A DNA stretch of 64,000 bases, taken from the NCBI GenBank assembly GCA_965223845.1, contig CBDCXR010000004.1, positions 5,568,001-5,632,000 on the forward strand. The letters are read 5' to 3'. A program made the translations under genes and the position numbers. Origin of the DNA: Planctomycetota bacterium (lineage in GTDB: Bacteria > Planctomycetota > UBA8108 > SXIK01). The first letter of the stretch is position 1. The number at the start of each line of letters is the position of its first letter. This document shows, piece after piece, positions 19,751 through 27,700 of this stretch. The notes beneath the pieces were generated by a model, which searched no databases, was not told the origin of the DNA, and was given only the letters and a program-made list of their open reading frames with translations.

Positions 19751-20575
19751 GTGAATAGCTCGCTCGCCCGCTGCGTCGTCGCCGAGATCATCGGGACGTT
19801 CATTCTGATTTTCTTCGGCTGCGGTGTGCTCCACGTCGCCGTGACGATGGGCGCCGTGAGCGGTGTCCTTCAGGCCGGGCTCGTTTGGGGACTCGGCGTC
19901 GCTCTCGCCGTGTACGCGGTCGGTCACGTGAGCGGCGCGCATATCAATCCCGCCGTGACCGCGGCGATGGCTCTTTGGGGTGGGTTTCCTCGCGACCGCG
20001 TTCTTCCCTACTGGGTCGCGCAATTCGTCGGCGCCGCGCTCGCCGCCGCGGTGATCTATCTGCTCTTCTCACCGACGATCGCCGCGTACGAAGCAGCCGA
20101 AGGGATCGTGCGCGGAAGCGCGGCGAGTGTCGTCACCGCGAGCATGTACGGCGAGTACTTCCCGAATCCGACCGTCGCTCTCCACGGCGTCGACGCCGCG
20201 AACTACCCTCACGTCCCGGTGTACGGGGCGATGCTGATGGAGATCGTCGGGACGGCGATCCTCTGCTTCATGGTGTTCGCGCTCTCCGATTCCGAACGCA
20301 ACAGCGGTGCGCCGGGCGCGAATCTCGCTCCCGTTCTCATCGGCCTCACCGTCGCCGCGCTCATCGTAGTCTTCGGACCGCAGACTCAGGCGTGTCTCAA
20401 TCCCGCGCGCGACTTCGGACCGAGATTCGTGGCTTACTTCGCCGGTTGGGGCGAAATCGCGTTTCCCGGACCTCGAGGTGCGGGCGCGACGCTCCTAGTC
20501 TATCTCGTCTCGCCGCTCCTCGGGGGATGCCTCGGCGGGGCGATCTACACGAAGGTGCTCCGGACGAATCCCTAA
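19751..20575 (+). CDS. MIP family channel (aquaglyceroporin, GlpF-like)
   Basis: SGAHINPAVT and LNPARDFGPR NPA motifs; the Asp after the second NPAR is GlpF-type; six transmembrane segments. Confidence 0.92.
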   Translation: MNSSLARCVVAEIIGTFILIFFGCGVLHVAVTMGAVSGVLQAGLVWGLGVALAVYAVGHVSGAHINPAVTAAMALWGGFPRDRVLPYWVAQFVGAALAAAVIYLLFSPTIAAYEAAEGIVRGSAASVVTASMYGEYFPNPTVALHGVDAANYPHVPVYGAMLMEIVGTAILCFMVFALSDSERNSGAPGANLAPVLIGLTVAALIVVFGPQTQACLNPARDFGPRFVAYFAGWGEIAFPGPRGAGATLLVYLVSPLLGGCLGGAIYTKVLRTNP

Positions 20576-20871
20576 CTTGGATTCCTCACCAGGTTCTACT
20601 GCGCCACCGTATGTCGCGAACTGAGCATCGGATGTGTCGCCAACCTGATCCGGTTATGCATGCTGCAGGTTGAACGCTAGGCGGGAGACGTACGGGAACC
20701 GATGGCTTGGAGATCCCGTAGACGTTTCCGTTCTCGAACCGGCGGCGAAAACGACGCCGATGGACAGAGATTCCGTCGCCGGTGGGAAGACCGTGGTGGG
20801 GAAGCGAGGAGAAAGCTCGTCGGGAACCGGTACGGAATCGAAATCGTCTACGGAGGCGCTACGAAACGAGC

Positions 20872-21774
20872 TCAGCGGTCGGTATCGGGCGGCGGGAGTT
20901 GATCCTCATCGCCTCCCGCAGCGGGAGGGGTCTTGAGGGTTTCGAGAACGTCGGTGAGCGCGTTTTCTTCCGCGGCCTCGAAGTGACGCGTGCTGCAAAG
21001 GAAGCCATCGATCGCGAATCCATCCCACTCGAAGCGCCGAACGCGACACGGATCGAACGCGATGCACCAGCACGCCGGATCCGTTCCCACGCGAAAGAAC
21101 ACGCGCTCGAACGCATCGAGAAGAAGAGTGAGCTCCACCCCGGTCAGAAGACGCGGTTCCTGCACGACCTCGATCAGACATCCCGGCGGGTCACCCACCC
21201 ACTCGGGGATGCACTCACCGCCGGGCGGCGGCTCTTCGACGACCGCGAGCGTACTGTGTTCGAGCTCGTACCCCTCGTCGGTTTCGCGGATCGTCGCGTG
21301 CAGGATCGACTCGTTCTCGGGGCAGAACCCGAGCCCCGGTCCCTGGCGGTAGGTGAAGACTTCGAACGCGGAGAAGTCGCGGGATTCCGTCGCCGGCTCA
21401 CAGGGGAGAAACGACTCGCAGGAAAGCTCGTCGTTCGAGGTCGGATCGCGTCCGCATTCGTTCGGTCCCGGCGCGGGGATCTCTCCCTGTCCGCCGAAGA
21501 GAACATTCAGCGCGAACGTGGCGTCCGCGATGTTCACGCGCCCGGAGTCATCGGTGTCGGCGGCGTCGAGGCACGAGGGGGTGTCTCCGTCGGCGAAGAG
21601 GAAATTGAGGGTAAAGACCGGATCGGCGATGTTGAATCCGCCGTCGGCGTTCGAGTCCCCACGAGTGAAGATGGGACACTCGAAATCGAAGCCCGCCGTC
21701 GCGGCGGACGAGGCCGCGAGTGAGAGAGCGACGGACGCGAGAGTGACACGAAGAGATCGGTCGAATCGATTCAT
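20872..21774 (-). CDS. Secreted protein with an N-terminal dockerin-like domain and a Cys-rich C-terminal domain
   Basis: Signal peptide, then FTRGDSNADGGFNIAD...CLDAADTDDSGRVNIAD. The ATG at 21774 overlaps the upstream stop. Confidence 0.8.
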   Translation of the reverse strand: MNRFDRSLRVTLASVALSLAASSAATAGFDFECPIFTRGDSNADGGFNIADPVFTLNFLFADGDTPSCLDAADTDDSGRVNIADATFALNVLFGGQGEIPAPGPNECGRDPTSNDELSCESFLPCEPATESRDFSAFEVFTYRQGPGLGFCPENESILHATIRETDEGYELEHSTLAVVEEPPPGGECIPEWVGDPPGCLIEVVQEPRLLTGVELTLLLDAFERVFFRVGTDPACWCIAFDPCRVRRFEWDGFAIDGFLCSTRHFEAAEENALTDVLETLKTPPAAGGDEDQLPPPDTDR

Positions 21775-23396
21775 GGTGCTTCCTCCGGTGGACAGGACGT
21801 CTGCCGGCACGCCACCCCGCCCGAAGGGGCGGTTCCGCATTCGGCGAATGGCTCGACCGGTGGTGATCCGCTGGCGAAGAGGTAGTTGAGGAGATAGGTC
21901 GGATCAGCGATGTTGCGGCCTCCGTCGCCGTTGACGTCGGCGGTGTCGAGACAGACCGGCGGCGCGCCGTCCTGAAAGAGCCAATTGAGCTCGAAGATCG
22001 CGTCGCTCACGTTCACCGAGCCGTCGTCGTTGACGTCGCCGCGCTGGAACGGAGCCGACTTCTCGGCGAGGACGAGGCCACCCCGAGCGCGCGGCACGAC
22101 CGTCCCGTCGGGAATCACGGCGGTGACGGCGACGACGGGCTCGCCGAGATGGCTACAAAACTCGACCTCGTAGACTTCGCCGAGAACGGCTTCGGGACCT
22201 GGCGAGAAGTGAGCGTTGAGGACCGCGTGGGGATGCGCGCCGGAGGGCTGAGGCCAGCTCTTCACCCCGCCGACGACGACCTCCATCGTGAGTCCTCCGT
22301 CCATCGTGTCGTACGCAACGAAGTCGTCTGCGCCGGTGAGGTTCGCCGTTACGGTATCGTCGAGATCGACTCCGGCCGCGACGAGATGCGCAGGATCCGC
22401 GCACAGTCCGAACGACCAACCGCCGACTGCGAAGTCGTTTTCGAGCAGGACGCGCACGCTCGACGACACGGGCGGGAGCTCGGGTGGACGCTGACCCGGC
22501 CCCGGACTCGGAAGCCGGATCGGCAGGATCGGATCGAGGGAGAGCCGGACGGCATCGGAAATCCCCCCGAGATCGACGAAGCACGCGATCGGAACGCTGC
22601 TCTCGTCTGCGATCCACGCGACGATGTTGTAAACGTGAACCCCCGGACCCGGCTCGTTGTCGATGACCGACATCGCGTCGCCCTCGAGACGCGCGAACTC
22701 GCGCCCGTCCTTCGCGACGACGATCTGTTCGTACTCGACGGGGTTCGTCCAAGTGACGAGCACGCACTCGGGCTCTTTCTCCTGGATGTGGCACTCGACA
22801 TCGAGCGGTGCAGGTACCGGCTCACCGAACTCGACGCGCACGTCGCAGCTTCCGACGAGAAAGCGCTCTTCTCCGCCCGCGACGACCGCGAGCACGGTGT
22901 AGTGGTGCTCACCGCCGGTGCCGGGGGCATCGAGAAAGCTGAAGGTCTCGGCATCGACCGTCGCAATGTCTTCGCGATTCCGGCGGACGACGAATCCGTC
23001 GATCGCGATGTCGATCGGAAGCGGATCCCAGTCGACCGAAACCATGTGGCGCACAACATGACAGCGGACGCCGAACCCAGTCTCGACCGTGACCGCGCAC
23101 GAAGCGACAAGCTCGAACTCCTCCTCCGAAAGGCCGGAGACGAGCTCGTAGAGGTACTCTCCGGGAGGTACGTCCTTCTCGAAGACGTGAAACTCCTCGG
23201 GCGGATACTCGCCTCGAAACTCGCCGTTACGGAAGAGCTTGAGCGGATCGGCGATCGCGATGGGAGGCGGCTGGACCCAGTCGATGTACACGCCGTCGCC
23301 GTCCACTTCGCACGCGAAATCGTCCTGGCCGAAGGTCGGCGCCGTCAACAAGGCGCCGACCGCGGCGAGCATCCACACCCCTGCGCGCTTGACCAT
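21771..23396 (-). CDS. Secreted protein with three Cys-flanked FN3/Ig-like repeats, a cohesin-like domain and a C-terminal dockerin-like domain
   Basis: Signal peptide; three C...V.W...Y.V...C units; VRVLLEND..VGGWSFGL beta-sandwich; FQRGDVNDDGSVNVSD. Confidence 0.78.
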   Translation of the reverse strand: MVKRAGVWMLAAVGALLTAPTFGQDDFACEVDGDGVYIDWVQPPPIAIADPLKLFRNGEFRGEYPPEEFHVFEKDVPPGEYLYELVSGLSEEEFELVASCAVTVETGFGVRCHVVRHMVSVDWDPLPIDIAIDGFVVRRNREDIATVDAETFSFLDAPGTGGEHHYTVLAVVAGGEERFLVGSCDVRVEFGEPVPAPLDVECHIQEKEPECVLVTWTNPVEYEQIVVAKDGREFARLEGDAMSVIDNEPGPGVHVYNIVAWIADESSVPIACFVDLGGISDAVRLSLDPILPIRLPSPGPGQRPPELPPVSSSVRVLLENDFAVGGWSFGLCADPAHLVAAGVDLDDTVTANLTGADDFVAYDTMDGGLTMEVVVGGVKSWPQPSGAHPHAVLNAHFSPGPEAVLGEVYEVEFCSHLGEPVVAVTAVIPDGTVVPRARGGLVLAEKSAPFQRGDVNDDGSVNVSDAIFELNWLFQDGAPPVCLDTADVNGDGGRNIADPTYLLNYLFASGSPPVEPFAECGTAPSGGVACRQTSCPPEEAP

Positions 23397-23458
23397 TCGT
23401 CATCCTCGCGTTCGACCTCGATTCACGGTCAAGTCTATCGCTCCCCCTGAGTGCCGCC

Positions 23459-23497
23459 AAAAAAAAGGCGCGCCGAGGACTAGCTTCTCGCAGCGCC
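23459..23497 (-). terminator. Probable terminator after tdh
   Basis: Imperfect GC stem followed by 8 T on the minus strand, directly after the tdh stop. Confidence 0.55.
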
Positions 23498-23498
23498 G

Positions 23499-24524
23499 TC
23501 ACCACTCGAGAATGACCTTCCCGGCTCGCCCCTCCCGCATGGCCGCGAATCCCTCCTCGAACGCGGAGACGGGCAGCCGATGCGTGATCACCGAGTCGAT
23601 TTCGAGCCCGCTCTCGAGCATGCTCACCATCTTGTACCAAGTCTCGTACATCTCGCGCCCGTAGACTCCCTTCACGATGAGTCCCTTGAAGATCACGAGG
23701 CTCCAATCGATCGAGACGTGATCGGAGAAGATGCCGAGCGAGGCGATCCGCCCGCCGTGATTCATGTTCGCGAGCATGTCGCCGAATGCCTGCGTGTTTC
23801 CCGACATTTCGAGGCCGACGTCGAAGCCTTCGTTCATTCCGAGATCCGTCATGACGTCGGGAAGCGCCGTCTCCTTGGCATTGATGGCGGTGGCAACTTG
23901 CATCCGGCGGACGATATTCAGTCGATACTCATTCACGTCCGTCACGACGACGTGGCGAGCACCGACGTGACGTGCGATCGCCGCCGCCATGATTCCGATC
24001 GGACCGGCGCCCGTAATCAGGACGTCTTCGCCGACGAGATCGAACGAGAGCGCGGTGTGCGTTGCGTTTCCGAACGGATCGAAGATGGAAGCGAGCTCAG
24101 GATCGATCCCCGGAACTCGGAACACATTCCCCGCGGGGATCGCCAAGTAGTCCGCGAAACATCCCGGACGTTGGATCCCGACGCCGAGCGTGTTCCGGCA
24201 GAGATGTCTTCGGCCGGCGCGGCAGTTTCGGCACGTCCCACAGGTGATGTGCCCTTCTCCGGTCACCGGATCACCGGGCTCGACGCCCTTCACCTCATCG
24301 CCGACCGCTTCGACGAGGCCGAAGAATTCGTGGCCGACGGGCATCGAAAGATCTTCGATCGTCTTCGCCGCCCACGGATCCCACTCATAGATGTGGAGAT
24401 CCGTCCCGCAGATCGCACTTTTTTCGATGCGGACGAGAACGTCGTTCGGGCCGTAGTGCGGACGTTCCGCGTTCTCAACGAGAACGAGACCCGGCGCGGC
24501 GTTCCTCTTGATGAGTGCTCTCAC
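23499..24524 (-). CDS. tdh: L-threonine 3-dehydrogenase
   Basis: [45 protein letters not shown] and [11 protein letters not shown] motifs. Confidence 0.95.
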   Translation of the reverse strand: MRALIKRNAAPGLVLVENAERPHYGPNDVLVRIEKSAICGTDLHIYEWDPWAAKTIEDLSMPVGHEFFGLVEAVGDEVKGVEPGDPVTGEGHITCGTCRNCRAGRRHLCRNTLGVGIQRPGCFADYLAIPAGNVFRVPGIDPELASIFDPFGNATHTALSFDLVGEDVLITGAGPIGIMAAAIARHVGARHVVVTDVNEYRLNIVRRMQVATAINAKETALPDVMTDLGMNEGFDVGLEMSGNTQAFGDMLANMNHGGRIASLGIFSDHVSIDWSLVIFKGLIVKGVYGREMYETWYKMVSMLESGLEIDSVITHRLPVSAFEEGFAAMREGRAGKVILEW

Positions 24525-24591
24525 TTCTCTGCGCTCTTCTTTTGCGATTTGTGTTTTGGAGTGGGGCTTCGGGCGTCTTTGAGGAAGGATT

Positions 24592-24761
24592 ACACGAAGG
24601 ACGCGAAGACCCGCGAACGAAGACGAAGGAAGATCGTATTTGGAGGAGAGTCGGAACGAGACGAAAAGGCCGCGGCACCGCGTCGCCTCTTCTGCCCTCC
24701 TCTCTCATCATTCTCGTTTCTTATCTTCCTCTGCCTTCGCGGGTCTTCGCGTCCTTCGTGT
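24592..24761. repeat. 170-bp element bounded by a perfect 26-bp inverted repeat (REP/MITE-like)
   Basis: ACACGAAGGACGCGAAGACCCGCGAA at 24592-24617 and its exact reverse complement at 24736-24761. Confidence 0.85.
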
Positions 24762-24788
24762 GAATCTCCCCATCGGAGCGCTCGAAAA

Positions 24789-27700
24789 CTAAGGACAAAC
24801 GAGTCCATCCCCGGTCGGATCGAGTCCCGGTCCCGGATAGGGCGGCGGCGGCGCGTCGCCGTCCCCAAAAAGGAAGAAGAGCGAGTACAGCGGGTCGGAG
24901 ATATTGAGCACGCCGTCGTCGTTCGAGTCCATCCGATCGCGGCACGCCGGCCCCGATCCCGACGCAAAGAGCCAGTCGAGCGTCCGAATCGCGTCGGCGA
25001 TCGTGAGCGTTCCGTCCTCGTCCGCATCGCCGCGACGGAACGGAGTCGTCGGCGTCTCCTCGAACGAGATCGCGCCCATATCGCTCTGGTCGAGTCCCGT
25101 CGCGATGCACGGTGAGCCGGGCCGGAGGGAGTAATCGCCCGCAAGGACGTCGCGGAAGAGCGGGTCGAGCGAGATGTTCCCGAGTCCCGGCCAGAGGGCG
25201 TCCGAGATGTTCGAGTAGGAAAACTCGACCGTAGAGAGATCATCGAGCTTGACGTCGATCCCGTTGTTCCAAGAGATCGTGCTGTGAAAGATGCCGTGCC
25301 CGCCGTCCGGGGCGCCGTCCTTCGAGAAGAGATTGATCCCCTCTTGATTCCCGACGAGCGTGTTGTGATGACTGTTTTCGACGGTGACGCCATTCTTGAG
25401 CGCCATCGCGGTGCCGCAGTTGTAGATCAGATTCCCGCTCACCGAAGGCGCACCGAGCGGACCGTTCCCTTCGAGAGAGAGCGCCTTGTCCTGGATGTTC
25501 ACGAAGACGTTGTCGCGGATGTCAACGCTCGTCCGGCCGAGGTCGATCCCGTCGTCCGATCCGTCGATGAACGTACAGCCCTCGATCCGCGAGCGCTCGG
25601 TTCCGTTTCCGTCGAAGTCGATCGCGTCCTTGTCGCCGGCCATCTCTTCGAAGCGGCATCCGAGGATGATCACGGTCGAGTCGGTGCCGTGGACACCCTC
25701 CTGGATGTGCTTGAATTCGCTGTCGAGAACTTCGAGCCGAGAATCGACCCCGTCGATCGCGTTCGTCGTGAGGCGCGTGAATCGACAGTCCTCGACGAGG
25801 ATCTTCGCGTTCGTCGGTGCGATGTGGCCGGCGAATCCCGCCGGCTCGTCGCCAAAATCGAACTCGCAGTAGCGGAAGACGTGCGTGAAGCTCGCGGGCG
25901 ATGTTCCCGTTCCCTCGATCCCGATCCCGCCCCACCGGCCGTCGCAGGTTCCCGCACGAAAGACGACCGGCGCGGCGGCCGTGCCCTCGGCGAAGATGCG
26001 ACCGTCGACGAGGATGGAGACGCCCGGATCGCCGAAGATCTCCGTGCCCGACTCGATCGAGAGGGATCCGCCCGCTGGAACCGTCACGTCGGCGGTCAGG
26101 CGATAGGGACCACCGTCCGCGGTCCAGGTCACATCGCCGGCGAGAGTTCCGCTGACGAGCGTAAATCCGCCGGTGATGCGGCGGACGTCGACATCGATCG
26201 ATTCAACGGGATCGCCGCGGGTGTCGATCGAAGTGACCTCGAAGCGGTTGTCGCCGACATCGACTGAGACGAGCGCGCTCCAGCGAGCCGCCATCGCGTC
26301 CCAGTCGACATCGATGCCGTCGATCTGAACTCCGGTTGCCCCACAGGCGTCGGCGGTACCCGTGAGAAGTACAGTCGGCTGAGTGGTGTAGATCTTCTCG
26401 CCGCAGCCCACGCCCTGCGATGACTCCGCACCGAAGCGAAGCATCGGCGAGAGAGAGAAATCCGTCGAGTCGAGGGTTCCATTGAGCCCGACGATCGCGA
26501 GCACGTTCGTGCCTTCTTCGACCACGTTCGCAAACGGAGATAGATCGAAAAACTCGACTCCGTCAGCCTCGTGGCTCCCGTCCGCGGTGTCGCCGTGTGC
26601 GATCGGATCCCCCGGAGCGCCGACGTTGTTCCGGGCCACTTCCACGCCGTTGAGGAATGCGACGAACGCGTCATCGTAATTGATCGCCAGCTCGAGATTG
26701 CCGAAGAGCACGGGGTCCGCGACGTCGAACGCCCGGCGAATGTAGACGGTCGAGTAGCCGCCCCGCATATCGAGGAGCTCGGTCGCGTCGTCGCCGTCGC
26801 CGTACCCGAATCCGCTTCGTCCGGCCTCCCAGCCGGCGTCGTCGAAATCTACGGTCGTCCACGCTAGCGTTCCACCCGACGGCTCCGCATCCCCGCGGAC
26901 GTACATCCACGTCTCGCCCCAATCGATGATCGCGTCTCCCATCGCGGAGCCGGTCCCGCCGCCGAGGCGCTGCGGGATGTTCTCGTCGAAGAACCCGATG
27001 CGCGCCGTGATGAACTGATCGATGCCGTCGATGGTCCCAAAACCGAACAACGGTTCGATCAGACGAAAGCGTTGGCGAGTTTCGAGGCGCGAAAACACGC
27101 CGAACCGCAGATCGAGGAGGTTGCAGTAGTAGAGCCGCGCGAATCGCGGGTGCGTGAGGAACCGCCGTACGGTTTGGAGCTGCGAGCGAAAGAGCGGCTC
27201 GGTGCGGTTCTCGTAGGTTTCCTCGATGTCCCAGGGAATCAGCACCCACCGTCCGGCGTCGGGTCGAGTCGATCCGGGCGGGACGTGGTAGAGCGAGTAG
27301 TCTTCGCCGCTTCGATTTTGGATCGAGCCGTCGGCATTGGAGAGACACGCCTGCAGCGCGAAGAACCGCGCCCATTGATCGACGTCGATGAGCTGCTCCA
27401 GGCGATCGGCGAACTCCTCGTCGGACGTTTCGTCGGGATCGAACGCGCGCGTCAACTCGACGACGTCCGAATAATCGTCTTCCTCGCGGTTGCTCGACTT
27501 TCGGTAGTAGAGACGATAGCTCTCGGGGTCCGGACCGAGATAACGGAGATCCGCCTCGAACGGCGTATCGGGCTCGGAGGGATCGAGCGCGCGGTAGAGG
27601 TTACCGTTCGAACGTGCACCGGGGCCGTAGTACCGGTCGAGGAAATCCTGATCGAGCCGCTCCTTGCGAATGTAGCGCTCGTCGAGATCGCCGCGGACAG

